IMG/VR virus record: IMGVR_UViG_3300045988_176782
Coordinates: 1-64,000 of that record
Reading direction: 5' to 3' (one strand)
Source: a virus
DNA: 64,000 bases
The notes below the pieces were generated by a model, which had not been told where the DNA came from, made no database searches, and saw nothing but the letters and a program-made list of their open reading frames with translations. Both the position numbers and the translations under genes were made by a program. This document shows, in pieces, positions 20,074-32,306 of the stretch. How positions within the stretch are numbered: position 1 is the first letter of the stretch; every line of letters starts with the position of its first letter.

Positions 20074-21345
20074 ATGAACTATAAACTAAAATACAATCTA
20101 CCCCATGACCCAACAACTTGTTTAGGATGGTTATTAGACGCGCGAGGAGTAGAAGATCCAGAAGCATATGTTTATCCAAGTAAGGAAAATGAATTAAATC
20201 CTTGGCTATTGGATAACATTGATGAAGCCGCACAATTGTTAATTTGGCATCTACAGGCAGGAGACGAAGTTTTATTCATAGTGGATTCGGATGCGGACGG
20301 ATTTACCTCCAGCGCTATGCTCTGGAATTACATTAAAGAAATTAGACCAGATGCTAAATTATCATATGTAATGCATGAGCATAAAGGTCATGGTTTAGAC
20401 GATTTAATTGATAGAGTATTAGAAAACAGTGCAAAGCTTGTAATTTTAGCAGATGCCGGCAGCAACGATTATGTTCAACATAAGCAACTTAAAGATGCAG
20501 GTAAAGAAAGTATTTGTCTTGACCATCACGTTGTTGATCATGGTTATAGTAAAAATTCTGTTGTAGTTAATAATCAACTTTCCTCTAATTATTCTAATAA
20601 ATGGCTTTGCGGTGCAGGTGTTGTTTATAAGTTTTTGTTTGTTTTAGATAAATACTTTCAAGTTCATAATGCAGAAAAATATATGGACTTATGTGCGGTC
20701 GGCAACATTGCAGATATGATGAGTCCAAGCAATGCAGAAACTCGTTATTATACTGTAGAAGGTCTAAAGCATATAAATAATGGTGGTTTAAAAGCACTTT
20801 TAAATGCACAATCCTTTTCCCTTTATCGTAATAGCCAAGGATTAAATTATACAAAAATTGCTTTCTACATCGCTCCAATTATAAATGCAGTAATTCGTAT
20901 TGGAACGATGGAAGAAAAGAAACTTTTATTTGAAGCTTTTATTAATCCTGATGAACTTGTGCAAAGTGATAAACGCGGCGCTAAAGCAGGAGATATGGAA
21001 ACTCTTGCTACACAGGCTGCCAGAAAAGCCATTAATGCGCGAGCGCGGCAAAATCGTGTTAAGGACAAGGCAACAGATTTAATTGATTTTAGAATCCAAA
21101 AAGAGGGACTTTTAGACAATAAAATTATTGTTGTTGAAATTTATGAAGAAGATAATATTCCTCAAGAACTAACTGGTTTATTGGCAACACAATTTGTTAA
21201 TAAATATCAGCGACCTTGTATTATTGTAAGGAAAAATCCTCAAGGTTTTTTGCGAGGTAGTATTAGAGGTAATGATAGTTTTGAAGAGGTCCCAGATTTA
21301 AAAGACTTCTTGGAATCATCCGGATTTACTGAATATGTGCAGGGT
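20074..21345 (+). CDS. DHH-family phosphoesterase (RecJ-like exonuclease), exon 1
   Basis: DSDADG, LADAGS and LDHH motifs. The ORF breaks just before the DHHA1 GHxxAAG motif. Confidence 0.8.
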
Positions 21346-22414
21346 TAACTAAATGGCCCTTCATTCTTTTCCAGTTCATCACTGGGGTCACAAGCGTGGC
21401 TAACGGTCTATCGTAATAAGATGGTAAGAAAAGCTAAACCGAAAGGCAGAGCTAATACCGTGAAGGTTATAACTAATGGGAAAATACATTTATCAAATTA
21501 TCAATGATATTAATAATAAGCAATATATTGGACAAGCAAACAATCCTCAACGACGTTTTACTGAACATTGTAAGCAATCTGAAAATAGTGTAATTCATAA
21601 AGCAATCGTAAAATATGGAAAAGAACACTTTCATATGAATTTATTAGGATATTTTGAAAATTATAATGAAATGGAAAAATATTATATTAAAGAATATAAT
21701 ACTTTAATTCCAAATGGTTATAATGTTATGGTCGGTGGAGAAGAGCCACCTGTTCTAAAAGGGGAAAAAAATCCCGCAGCAGTTATTACAGAAGAAGTAG
21801 CGCGAAAAATTCAACAAGATTTATTAAATCCAGATATTTTACGAAAAGATATAAAAAAGCGATATGGAGTTTCAGAAAACATTATTCGTCATATAAACGA
21901 AGGAAGTAGTTGGCGAATTGATGAATATAACTATCCATTGCGCCCCTCAGAAGCACAACTGATTGAAGAAAAAGTCAAACAGGTAAAGCGTTTATTAAAA
22001 GAAACTTCGCTTACACAAAAAGAAATTGCAGAAAAATTTGGTTTTAAGCGTTCCTTTGTAACAATGATTAATATTGGACAAAATCATTACGATGCGACAG
22101 AGAATTATCCTATTCGTAAGCGTGATGTAAGACGCACCGCGCCAGTTGAAAGAATTATTGAGCTACTTCAAACAACTAATATTCCTATGAATAAGATTGC
22201 TGAACAATTACAAATTAAAAAAGATATTGTTTATAATATTAATTCTGGTAAAACCTATCATAATGATAGTTTGAATTATCCTATTAGAAAATAACTTTTG
22301 TAACGACTATCCGCGAGGAGTAAGACTACTATTGATACGTAGTTTGAAATGAGAATGGTATTTATAAAAATACTAAGAGCTAGTCTGGCTTTATGGAAAC
22401 ATAAAGATAAAACG
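21346..22414 (+). mobile_element. group I intron carrying a GIY-YIG homing endonuclease
   Basis: P1 pairs exon AGGGU with intron GCCCU (about 21356). The intron ends in G at 22414. Splicing gives YVQG|HKNAAG. The core resembles the intron at 9531. Confidence 0.8.
21476..22294 (+). CDS. GIY-YIG homing endonuclease (intron-encoded)
   Basis: YIYQIIN...QYIGQA...RRFTEH motifs, plus repeated HTH-like modules at the C-terminus. Confidence 0.85.
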   Translation: MGKYIYQIINDINNKQYIGQANNPQRRFTEHCKQSENSVIHKAIVKYGKEHFHMNLLGYFENYNEMEKYYIKEYNTLIPNGYNVMVGGEEPPVLKGEKNPAAVITEEVARKIQQDLLNPDILRKDIKKRYGVSENIIRHINEGSSWRIDEYNYPLRPSEAQLIEEKVKQVKRLLKETSLTQKEIAEKFGFKRSFVTMINIGQNHYDATENYPIRKRDVRRTAPVERIIELLQTTNIPMNKIAEQLQIKKDIVYNINSGKTYHNDSLNYPIRK

Positions 22415-22876
22415 CATAAAAATGCCGCTGGAATTTCCATTCACGAAAAGCAATTAGAATCTTTAATTAATTATGCAAATTTTAACATTTCTGATAAAGG
22501 CTTAGAAAGTTGTTATTATGTTGACTATATTTTTAAAGCAAATGAAAATTTTTCTCAACTTGCTTTAACAATTGCAGACAACGAAGACCTTTGGGGTAAC
22601 GATATTAGTGAACCGCACGTTATTGTTGAAGATATTCCGCTCTCTTCTAGCCAACTTTTTATTATGGGAGAAAATAAAGATTCTGTAAAATGGACTTTAA
22701 ATGGAGTAGAATACGTAAGGTTTAAAGATGCAGATTTTGTTGATACCTTACAACAGTATGGTTTGTTTAATATTACAGTTTATGGTAAATTTGCAAAGAA
22801 CACTTGGCAAGGGAAGACTACCAGCCAGTTAATCATTGAGGACTTTAATATTGAAGATGCTTCAGATGAATTTTGA
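22415..22876 (+). CDS. RecJ-like DHH protein, exon 2
   Basis: Starts HKNAAGISI (DHHA1 motif), in frame with ORF 22349..22876. Confidence 0.75.
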   Translation, partial: HKNAAGISIHEKQLESLINYANFNISDKGLESCYYVDYIFKANENFSQLALTIADNEDLWGNDISEPHVIVEDIPLSSSQLFIMGENKDSVKWTLNGVEYVRFKDADFVDTLQQYGLFNITVYGKFAKNTWQGKTTSQLIIEDFNIEDASDEF

Positions 22877-22901
22877 CAGTTAATAAAAAATATTGTATAA
22901 T
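22873..22901 (+). promoter_or_regulatory. sigma-70 consensus promoter
   Basis: TTGACA (22873-22878), 17-nt spacer, TATAAT (22896-22901). Confidence 0.6.
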
Positions 22902-22931
22902 ATATTAAAAATAAAGGAGAGTGGTTAAGTA

Positions 22932-25456
22932 GTGCAGAAGTATCCCGGAAGTATTCATTGCCATACCGATTATAGCAATATACGGCTTCGTGATAGTATT
23001 AATAAAATGCCAGATTTAATTAATTATGCAATTGAATTAGGGCATAGTTGTATTGGCATTACTGACCATGAATGTCTATCAAGTTTTGTAGATGTTGAAA
23101 ATTATGTTGAATCTTTAAAGAAAAAAGCTCAAAAAAATAATGAAGAATTTTCTTTTAAAGTTATTCGTGGAAATGAGATTTATTTAACTCGTAATGGTCT
23201 ATCTGCTTCTAACTTTAACAAGGAGCGTGGAGATGATTATTATCACTTCATTCTTCTTGCTAAAGATTTAGAGGGATACCATCAGCTTTGTGAGTTATCA
23301 ACTCGCGCATGGATGCGGTCTTATGTATCACGACGTATGAGACGAGTTCCAACTTATTATCAAGATTTAAAAGATATTGTAAAAACTAATCCTGGACATT
23401 TAATCGCCAGCACAGCTTGTTTAGGTGGCCAGCTTCCAAAATTTTTATTAAAGTTTAGAGAAACACAAGACCAAAAATATTATGAAACTGCAAAAAAATG
23501 GTGCTGTTATATGCAAGATATTTTTGGAGTAAATGATTTCTATTTGGAAATGCAACCTTCTGATAAAAATGAACAAACATATGTTAATAAAATGTTGCTT
23601 CAATTGAGCAATGAATTAGATATTCCATATATTATCACCAATGATGCGCATTATTTAAAAAAAGAAGAAGCACCACTACATGAAGCATATCTTAATTCAC
23701 AAGATGGTGATCGCGAAGTTAAATCATTTTATGAATTTACTTATCTTATGAGTTCAGAAGAAATTAGTTATTATTTTAAATATTTATCTCCTGAACAATT
23801 AGAATATGCTTTTAAAAATATTGAAGAAATCGCAAATAAATGCCAGGAATATTCTATTAAGAAACCTTTAAAAATTCCTCAGTTGCCTTGGTTAAAACAT
23901 CAACAGTTTTCTCAAGAAATTAAACAATCATACATCAATCAAATTCCAACTTTAAAAGAATTTGAAAATTCTACCTATGTTGGCGATAAAGAACTTGTAA
24001 ATGCAATTATTGAAGGCATTCAAAAACATAAAGACATCCAAAACGAAAAAGCATATACTGCATTAGAAGAATGTTTGCAATTAACTTGGGTATCAAGTGA
24101 AGTAAATAAAGCGCATTGGAGTGCATATTATTTAAATCTTCAAAAAATTATTGAAGAATGTTGGAATGCAGGTTCTATTATCGGTCCCGCTCGTGGTTCT
24201 GGCGGCGGATTTTTGTTATTATATTGTTTGGATATTATCCAAATGAATTGTCTCCGCGAGAAAACTAAAATGTATCCTTGGCGTTTCTTAAATCCACAAC
24301 GTGTTAGTGTGCTTGATATTGACTTCGATATTAGTGGATTAAAAAGACAAGACGTATTAAAGCATCTAATTGATACTTACGGACGAGATAAAGTTTGTAA
24401 TGTTTTAACTTTAAGAACTGAAAAATCTAAAAGCGCAATTTTAACTGCTGCTCGTGGTTTGGAACTGCCTCCAGAAGAAGGCTCATATTTAGCTTCATTA
24501 ATTGGAGCTGAACGTGGTCAACTTTATTCTTTAAAACAAATGTATTATGGTAGTGAAGAAGATGGCTTAAAACCAAATAGTACATTTGTAGAAGAAATGA
24601 ATAAACGACCACAGTTATGGGCATTAGCTCAACGCATTGAAGGCGTTATTTGTGGTGCTGGTATTCACGCGGGTGGTGTGGTATTTGTTGATGAACCTTT
24701 TACAAAAAGTTGCTCATTAATGCGAGCGCCTGATGGAACAGTTATTAGTGGTTATGACCTTCATCGTTTGGAAGAATGTTCTTTGATTAAGTATGATGTT
24801 CTTTCCGTTGAAGGCGAAGACCGTATTCAAACTTGTTTAGAACTTTTAATAAAATATAGTTATGTGCAGCCAGAAAAAACATTAAAAGAAACTTATGAAA
24901 AGGTCATAGGTATTTATAATCTTGAGCGTGATGACCCAAAAATGTGGGAAATGATTCATCAGCACAAAATTGTAAGTTTATTTCAAATGGAAAAATCTTC
25001 TGGTATTCAGGGTATTGCCGCAACTAATCCCGAAAGTGTTGATGACCTCGCCGCGTTAAATTCTGTTATTCGTTTGATGGCTCAAGAGAAGGGCGGTGAA
25101 AGTCCAATTGATAAATTTGCACGATTTAAAAAAAATCCTCAATTGTGGGAAGAGGAAATGATTCAATATGGTTTAACACCAGAAGAACGCCAACTTCTTC
25201 ATAATGAATTAGATATTACTTATGGACTTTGTATTAGTCAAGAACAATTTATGATGTTGGTTCAATTGCCAGAATTAGGCGGCTATGATTTGCAATGGGC
25301 AGATAAATTAAGAAAATCTATTGCAAAAAAGAATCCTAAAGCATATATGGAACTTTCAAAAGAATTTTTAGAGAATATAGATAAAAAACATCTTTCTCGG
25401 AAACTTTGTGAATACACTTGGAATGTTCTAATAGCGATGAATAAAGGCTACGGCTT
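22932..25456 (+). CDS. dnaE: DNA polymerase III alpha subunit (DnaE-type), exon 1
   Basis: PHP domain (HCHTDYS, ITDHE), the polymerase core, and a break inside the GYGF|N.SH motif. Confidence 0.85.
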
Positions 25457-26597
25457 TAAATATTGGAGCCACTATGTAGTAATATATAGTTAAAAATTCT
25501 TTAAATTGCGGGAACTCCCTTAGAGCCTTAATAACTAAGTAAATATAGCGATATATTTATGGCGTTCAGTAACGGGAACGGTATAGTAAAATCATTAAGG
25601 ATTGGGTAATCTAACGCAGCGAAATCTCTAAGGAAAAAATAAACTAAAAAAAGAAATCTATTGAAAACCATATCCCTCCAATTACATAAATGATGGAGGT
25701 GGTTCTAATGAGCGCGAAGATTTTATCAAATGAACAAGAACTACAATTAGTACAAGAATATCTCAACGGAGAAAGTGTTATTAATCTACAAAAAAAATAT
25801 GGTTATAAATCTAAAAAATCTATTCTTGATAAGATTAAAAAGCACTTAGGACGCGCTTTAAGTGAAGAAGAACTTAAAGAAATTCATGACAAACGTAAAG
25901 GGTATTCAGTAGATTTCTCAAAAATTAATAATCCCTTTAATGCGTATTTTATTGGTTTAATGCTAACAGATGGGTATATTTGTGATAATAATAAATTTGG
26001 TATTGACTTAACAGATGAAGATGCAATTGCTTTTTTATCTGACACAATTGGAAAAACTTATACAAGTTATACATCTGAAGATGAAAACCGCAAAATAAGA
26101 TATAGATTGATTTTATCAGATGCTTCTCAAGTTGAAGCATTAAAACGATATGATATTGTGCAACGTAAGTCAAAAATATTGTCAGGTTTTGAGCTATTGG
26201 AAGAAGAAGAAGTTTATTTGCCATATTTAATTCGTGGAATTATTGATGGTGATGGTTGTATTTATACAACTTCTTATGGCAAACCTGCATTCTTCATTGT
26301 GACCGCTTCAAAAAAATTCGCGGATTGGCTAACTTATATTTTATCACATCGTTTTTATATGAAAGATATTCATCCATATCAAACTACTAATGGCATTTGG
26401 CGAATTGATACAGCATTAGAATATAATATAAGGATTTTAAAAGATATTATTTATGACCAGCCTTATGGTATGGCTCGTAAATATAATAAACTTAGAGAGA
26501 CGTTCAACGACTATAATAAGAACATCCAAGAATAATTTGGATGATGGTATAGTCTAGACCACAACTTTTAAAGGCTTATGAAAGTAAGTGTGGTAAG
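25457..26597 (+). mobile_element. group I intron carrying a LAGLIDADG homing endonuclease
   Basis: P1 pairs exon GGCUU with intron GAGCC (about 25467). The intron ends in G at 26597. Splicing gives GYGF-NASHTSGYS. Confidence 0.8.
25708..26535 (+). CDS. LAGLIDADG homing endonuclease (intron-encoded)
   Basis: FIGLMLTDGYI and IRGIIDGDGCI motifs. RBS GGAGGTGG precedes ATG 25708. Confidence 0.85.
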   Translation: MSAKILSNEQELQLVQEYLNGESVINLQKKYGYKSKKSILDKIKKHLGRALSEEELKEIHDKRKGYSVDFSKINNPFNAYFIGLMLTDGYICDNNKFGIDLTDEDAIAFLSDTIGKTYTSYTSEDENRKIRYRLILSDASQVEALKRYDIVQRKSKILSGFELLEEEEVYLPYLIRGIIDGDGCIYTTSYGKPAFFIVTASKKFADWLTYILSHRFYMKDIHPYQTTNGIWRIDTALEYNIRILKDIIYDQPYGMARKYNKLRETFNDYNKNIQE

Positions 26598-28071
26598 CAA
26601 TGCAAGTCACACCAGTGGGTACAGCTTGGTCGCATTACAAGAGATGAACCTTGCTTACAAATATCCAATTATTTTCTGGAACACCGCAAACTTAATTGTG
26701 GATAGCGCGGGGCTTCCTGAAACAGAAGAAGATGACCCAGAAACATTAAAGACAGAACTTGAAGATGACGAAGAAGAACAAATCGTAGATATTTATGAAC
26801 CAGAAGATTGGGAAGAATATGATTATGAAGATTTACCAGATAAAAGCGCAAAAAAGAAAAAGAAAGTAAAGAGTGTAGATTTTGGTAAAATCGCCGCGGC
26901 AATTGGTAAATTTCAACAAGAGGGAATTACAATTTTGCCGCCAGATATTAATAAAAGCGAATATAGTTTTACTCCTATTGTAGAAGAAAACGCAATTGCT
27001 TCTGGTCTAAGAGGCTTAACAAGAATTTCAGCGGATTTAGTTAAAACTATTATTACAAATCGTCCTTATGTTTCTATTGACGATTTTATGGAAAAAGTTA
27101 AAGTTAATAAGCTTCAAATGTTAACTTTAATTAAATGTGGTTCATTTGATACCTTATATCCAAATAGGATGGGATTGCTGAATCAATATCTTGGAAAAAT
27201 TGCCGGAACAAAAAATAATTTAACTTTAGCAAATGTGCCAATGTTAATTAAATATGATGTTTTTCCTGATGGTTGTGAAGAGTATATTGAACTTTACCAT
27301 TTTAATAAATTTATTAGGAAATTCTTAAATAAAGAAACTGGAATAATTAGTTTGCCAGAAAAAGCATTAAATCACTTTTGTGAATATTATGATATAGATT
27401 TATTAATTGATGGTAATACTTTAAGATTAAAGGATTGGGAAAAACTTTATAAGAAACAAATCGCGCCTTTAACTGATTTTATTAAGGAAAATAAAGATTG
27501 TTTATTAGAAGATTTAAATCGTAAAATTGTTGAAGAAATGTGCGAAATAAATATAAGCGGCAATATTTCTCATTGTGAAATGGAAGCTATGTCATTTTAT
27601 TATCATGACCATGAATTAGCTAATTTAAATAGAAATCTTTATAACTTAGAAAATTTCCAAAATATTTCTGAAAATCCAGAAGTAGATAGAATTTTTAATA
27701 CTAGAGATGGCAAAGAAATTACTTTGTATAAATTACACTATATTGCTGGAACAGTATTGGATAAAAATAAAATGAAAAACTCTATAACGCTACTAACCCC
27801 TGATGGCGTAGTGATTGTAAAGATTTGGAAAAATCAATATGCAAAATATGATAAACAAATTAGTATTGTTGGTGATGATGGTAAGAAAAAAATTATGGAA
27901 CGTAGTTGGTTTAAACGTGGAACTTTATTATTTCTTCAAGGTATTCGTCGCGGCAACAATTTTATTCCAAAAGCCTACAAAGGTAGCCCATATCGTGTTC
28001 CAATTATGAAAATTTTAGAAGTTAATGATGATGGCACAATAATATTTACTAATAAGCGATTTGATGAATAA
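26598..28071 (+). CDS. dnaE: DNA polymerase III alpha subunit, exon 2
   Basis: Continues NASHTSGYSLVALQEM.. and carries an OB-fold-like C-terminus. Confidence 0.8.
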
Positions 28072-28145
28072 GGAGGTGAGGAAGTATTATTGGGATTGTT
28101 GATTTTGACTTCATTACAAATTCTCGTGGGCTTCCCACTCCTTCA

Positions 28146-29153
28146 TTGGTGGCGATGAAACTGTCAAGTTATTATAAACGAAATGAACCTAAAGAACATA
28201 TTCGCTTGCTAACAGATACGGTGCAAATGATGAATTGTGATTTAGTGTATTTTTTGAGTAATAAACTTCTTGAGGAAATTCCAGATGAAATTTTTATGAC
28301 AGAAAATATAAAATTCTATGGTAAATACCTTCCAGACGATATACCAAATCTCATCCATCATATGCCACCTGATGTATCTATTTATAATGAAGTTGTCCAA
28401 AAACGATTAACTGACGATAAAGTCGGCACAGCAAAAGCGCTAAGTTTCTTAGACTCTATTTACTATCAAGCTTTCGTAAACGACCAATTAATTCCTGTTC
28501 CACCCATGGCGCCAAAAAACAGAGTTTATTTATATGACAAGGATATTTTAGGTAATGAAAAATGCTGGGAAGTGTTTGATTCTATTATAAAAAAACGTCC
28601 ATCTACTATTTGTTGTGTAGAACCAATTCAATGTCATACAATTTCTCAGTTTTTATATTTGCGTGAAGAATATGAAAAGGTTAGCCGTGCTAATAAAATA
28701 ATTTTAGATTATTATGTGCCGCCGCATCAATTTGAGAAATACTTTGGAAAATATAAGTTAAAGTTACTTGGTGAAATAACCACTAATTCTAATATTTCTA
28801 TTTATTTAGGCAAGAATTATGGCGCAGATTCCTATACTTCAACTTTTTATATACGAAATATTGCTTATTGTATAAATCTTTTATTTAGTTATTATTCTCG
28901 TAACATCCCCATATTTTCAGAAATTTACTATCCACCGACAAAAGAACTTAATCCTTATATTGAAATCTATAAAGCAATCCGTAGTTGGTCAAATAGTGAT
29001 AATAAAGATTTAACTTTTGAGCAAGCTTTTAGAACAAAAAAGCAAAAAGAAATTCTTCAAACTTTAATTGAAAAGAATCCAATTTTTAAAGGCTTTTTAT
29101 CTTATTCAAAAAATATGTTAATAAAAACTAAAGGAATGTGGAGAGTGATTTAA
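28146..29153 (+). CDS. hypothetical protein (start uncertain)
   Basis: 335-aa ORF. The frame is open from about 28082 and a strong RBS lies at 28072, so the true start may be upstream and non-canonical. Confidence 0.45.
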   Translation: MVAMKLSSYYKRNEPKEHIRLLTDTVQMMNCDLVYFLSNKLLEEIPDEIFMTENIKFYGKYLPDDIPNLIHHMPPDVSIYNEVVQKRLTDDKVGTAKALSFLDSIYYQAFVNDQLIPVPPMAPKNRVYLYDKDILGNEKCWEVFDSIIKKRPSTICCVEPIQCHTISQFLYLREEYEKVSRANKIILDYYVPPHQFEKYFGKYKLKLLGEITTNSNISIYLGKNYGADSYTSTFYIRNIAYCINLLFSYYSRNIPIFSEIYYPPTKELNPYIEIYKAIRSWSNSDNKDLTFEQAFRTKKQKEILQTLIEKNPIFKGFLSYSKNMLIKTKGMWRVI

Positions 29154-29378
29154 ATGAATAATTTTGAAGTAAAAGAACAATTAAAAACTTTACAAGACGA
29201 ATTTATACGAGTATTAAATGATACCAATAATATTTTTGAACTTAATCCTCGCATTAAAGAATTAAAGAAAGAAATTGATAATTGCGCAGCTCAATGCACT
29301 CATACAAATGAAGATGGGACAAGTGCCTTTAATGGTGAAGGTATTTGTAGTTTTTGTGGAGCGCGAAATGAGAAATAA
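29154..29378 (+). CDS. hypothetical small Cys-containing protein
   Basis: 74-aa ORF abutting the previous stop codon. Confidence 0.4.
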   Translation: MNNFEVKEQLKTLQDEFIRVLNDTNNIFELNPRIKELKKEIDNCAAQCTHTNEDGTSAFNGEGICSFCGARNEK

Positions 29379-29568
29379 GTTCTATCATATTAATTCTCCT
29401 GTTTGCCGCACAATGAAGCAAGTATTGGATGAATATAATATTCAATACGAAGAAATAACAGATGTAGAACAAATTTATAATGATGGTATTTTAATTGTTC
29501 CATCGTTTTGCTGGAGCGATGGAACAATTGATACATTCCAAACAATAACTAAAACCTTAAATTGCTAA
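29368..29568 (+). CDS. glutaredoxin/NrdH-like small redox protein (degenerate active site)
   Basis: 66 aa beginning at the internal ATG of ORF 29275..29568. It has a thioredoxin-fold spacing pattern (SPVC...IQYEEI...VPSF) and lies directly upstream of nrdD. Confidence 0.3.
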   Translation: MRNKFYHINSPVCRTMKQVLDEYNIQYEEITDVEQIYNDGILIVPSFCWSDGTIDTFQTITKTLNC

Positions 29569-29582
29569 TGGAGTTGAATTAA

Positions 29583-31760
29583 ATGAATTTATGTATTATT
29601 AAGCGTAATGGTGATATTAAACCTTTTGATAAAGAAAAGATTGTTTTAGCAATTTCAAAGGCTTATCATGGAGAAGATATTCCAAATTATGTTTATGCTA
29701 TTGCAGATAAGATTGAAGCAATGGCGACAGAAAGCGAAGATTATTTGTCTGTTGAAGAAATTCAGGACAAGGTTGAAAATCTTCTTATGGAATTTGATAA
29801 AGAAACTGCGAGAGAATATATTAGATATAGATTTCAAAGAGAAATTCGCCGCGCGACCACTGATAAAGCCATTTTATCTTTAATGTCTGGGACAAACGAT
29901 TATTGGAATAAAGAAAATTCTAATAAGGATGCGGTTGTTGTTACTACACAACGAGATTATTTAGCGGGCATTACGAGCACAGATATTGCAAAACGATTTT
30001 TATTACCTGAAGAAGTAGTTTATGCTCATGAAGAAGGTATTATTCATGAACACGATATGGATTATATGGCACAAAATGCATTAACAAATTGTTGTCTTAT
30101 TAATCTTGAAGATATGCTTCAAAATGGTACAGTAATGAATGGTGTTCATATTAATAAACCTCGTCGCCTGCTTACTGCCACTACAATTGCAACTCAAATT
30201 ATTACCGCAGTAGCAAGTTCACAGTATGGCGGGACTACAATTTCCTTAACTCATTTAGCTCCATTCGTTAGAAGTAGCTATGAATATTATTGTAAAAAAT
30301 ATCAACAAAGAAACTTTTCTAATGAAGAAGTAGAAAAATATGCTTTAGAAGATTTAAATAAAGAAATTTCTGATGCAGTTCAAACTTTTAATTATCAAAT
30401 TAATAGTATGAGTACAACTAATGGGCAGGCGCCATTCTTATCTGTAAATATGTGGGTTAGTGAAAACCCAAAATATGCTAAAGAAACAGCAATGCTTATT
30501 AAAGAATTTCTACTTCAACGCATTGAAGGAATGCCAAATGAACAAGGAGTAATGACCACTCCCGCTTTTCCTAAATTACTTTATATTTTAGATGAAGATA
30601 ATGTAACCCCTACTTCTCCATATTGGTATTTAACTGAACTTGCCGCAAAATGCACTGCAAAACGAATGGTTCCAGATTATATTTCTGCAAAGAAAATGCG
30701 TGAATATAAAATCAATCGTTTCGGCCAAGGAGATGTCTATCCCTGTATGGGTTGTCGCGCGTTCTTAACTCCTGATAGATGTTCCGAAAATTACGCAAAA
30801 ACTACAGATTATAGTAGCGTCACAGGAAAATACTACGGTAGATTTAATAATGGTGTTACTACAATTAATTTAGCTGATGCAGCTTTTTCTTCTAAAGGTG
30901 ATTTTAAAGAATTTTGGCGTTTAATGGAAGAACGCACAGAACTTTGTCATAAAGGATTAAAAGCGCGACTTGATAGATTAGAGCAAATTACTTCTGACGT
31001 TGCTCCAATCCTTTGGCAATATGGAGCTTTTGCAAGATTAGAAAAAGGTGAAAGTATTAAAGAATTACTCCATCATGGTTATTCTACTGCCTCTCTTGGT
31101 TTCGCAGCGCTTTATGAGTGTGTAAAATATATGACTGGACACTCTCACTCAGATAGTGCAGAAGGTGAGAAATTCGGTTTAGAAGTAATGGAATTTTTAA
31201 ATGCGAAATGTAATCAATGGAGGCAAGCGGAAGATATTGATTATTCTGTGTATGGCACTCCAATTGAAAGCACTACATATAAATTTGCTTCTAATTTAAA
31301 GCGCCGATTCGGTGATGATATATTTATTAAATTAGATGGACATGATAGAAATTATATAACAAATAGTTATCATATACCGGTATTTGAAAAGATTGATGCT
31401 TTTAGTAAATTAGCAATTGAAAGTAAATTCCAACAACTTGCTCCAGGTGGTGCAATCAGTTACATTGAAACCGCTAATTTGACTTCTAATATTGAAGCAG
31501 TAGAACAAGTAATGAAATTTATCTATGACAATATTATGTATGCTGAACTTAATACCAAATCTGATTATTGCCAAGTTTGTGGATATGATGGAGAAATCTT
31601 GGTTGATGATAATATGGAATGGTATTGCCCAAATTGCGGCAATAGAGACCAGCATAAGATGAATGTGGCACGTCGTACATGCGGCTACATCGGAAGTCAT
31701 TTTTGGAACTACGGAAGAACTCAAGAAATTAAAGAACGAGTGGTGCATCTTGGTGAATAA
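29583..31760 (+). CDS. nrdD: anaerobic ribonucleoside-triphosphate reductase
   Basis: N-terminal ATP-cone. The C-terminus has a CxxC...CxxC zinc site and the glycyl-radical motif RRTCGYIG. Confidence 0.9.
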   Translation: MNLCIIKRNGDIKPFDKEKIVLAISKAYHGEDIPNYVYAIADKIEAMATESEDYLSVEEIQDKVENLLMEFDKETAREYIRYRFQREIRRATTDKAILSLMSGTNDYWNKENSNKDAVVVTTQRDYLAGITSTDIAKRFLLPEEVVYAHEEGIIHEHDMDYMAQNALTNCCLINLEDMLQNGTVMNGVHINKPRRLLTATTIATQIITAVASSQYGGTTISLTHLAPFVRSSYEYYCKKYQQRNFSNEEVEKYALEDLNKEISDAVQTFNYQINSMSTTNGQAPFLSVNMWVSENPKYAKETAMLIKEFLLQRIEGMPNEQGVMTTPAFPKLLYILDEDNVTPTSPYWYLTELAAKCTAKRMVPDYISAKKMREYKINRFGQGDVYPCMGCRAFLTPDRCSENYAKTTDYSSVTGKYYGRFNNGVTTINLADAAFSSKGDFKEFWRLMEERTELCHKGLKARLDRLEQITSDVAPILWQYGAFARLEKGESIKELLHHGYSTASLGFAALYECVKYMTGHSHSDSAEGEKFGLEVMEFLNAKCNQWRQAEDIDYSVYGTPIESTTYKFASNLKRRFGDDIFIKLDGHDRNYITNSYHIPVFEKIDAFSKLAIESKFQQLAPGGAISYIETANLTSNIEAVEQVMKFIYDNIMYAELNTKSDYCQVCGYDGEILVDDNMEWYCPNCGNRDQHKMNVARRTCGYIGSHFWNYGRTQEIKERVVHLGE

Positions 31761-32298
31761 TTGGCGATATGCTGATATAAAATTTAATGATTGTGCTAAT
31801 GGCCCAGGAGTGAGAGTATCCTTCTGGGCCCAAGGCTGCACAAATCATTGCTATAATTGTCAAAATCCAGGAACTTGGGAACGAACTGGTGGACAAGAAT
31901 TTACAGAAAAAACTTTACAACTAATTCTTCAAAAGTTAGATGAAAATAATATTGAACGCGGCTTAAGTATTCTTGGTGGGGAACCTTGTACAAAATATAA
32001 TATTGATTTAATATTATATATTATTCAAGCAGTGAAAGATAAGTATCCAAAACGAGATATTTATCTCTGGACGGGCTTTACGCTTGCAGAATTATCCATT
32101 CAATTAACTCTAGAGCAATATACCACTTTAAGCCACAATATAGATTATCTAATTGACGGTCCATATATTGAAGCACAACGCAATATTACTCTACCACTTC
32201 GTGGAAGCGAAAATCAAAGAATTTATCATATAAAACATAATTTATTAGAAAATGGAACTGTTAATTACAAATATGAAGATATAACAGAAAAGTTTTAA
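31750..32298 (+). CDS. nrdG: anaerobic RNR activating protein (radical SAM)
   Basis: NGPGVRVSFWAQGCTNHCYNCQN is the CxxxCxxC cluster motif. The start (TTG 31750 or GTG 31753) is uncertain and overlaps the end of nrdD. Confidence 0.8.
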   Translation: MVNNWRYADIKFNDCANGPGVRVSFWAQGCTNHCYNCQNPGTWERTGGQEFTEKTLQLILQKLDENNIERGLSILGGEPCTKYNIDLILYIIQAVKDKYPKRDIYLWTGFTLAELSIQLTLEQYTTLSHNIDYLIDGPYIEAQRNITLPLRGSENQRIYHIKHNLLENGTVNYKYEDITEKF

Positions 32299-32306
32299 GG
32301 AGAAAT

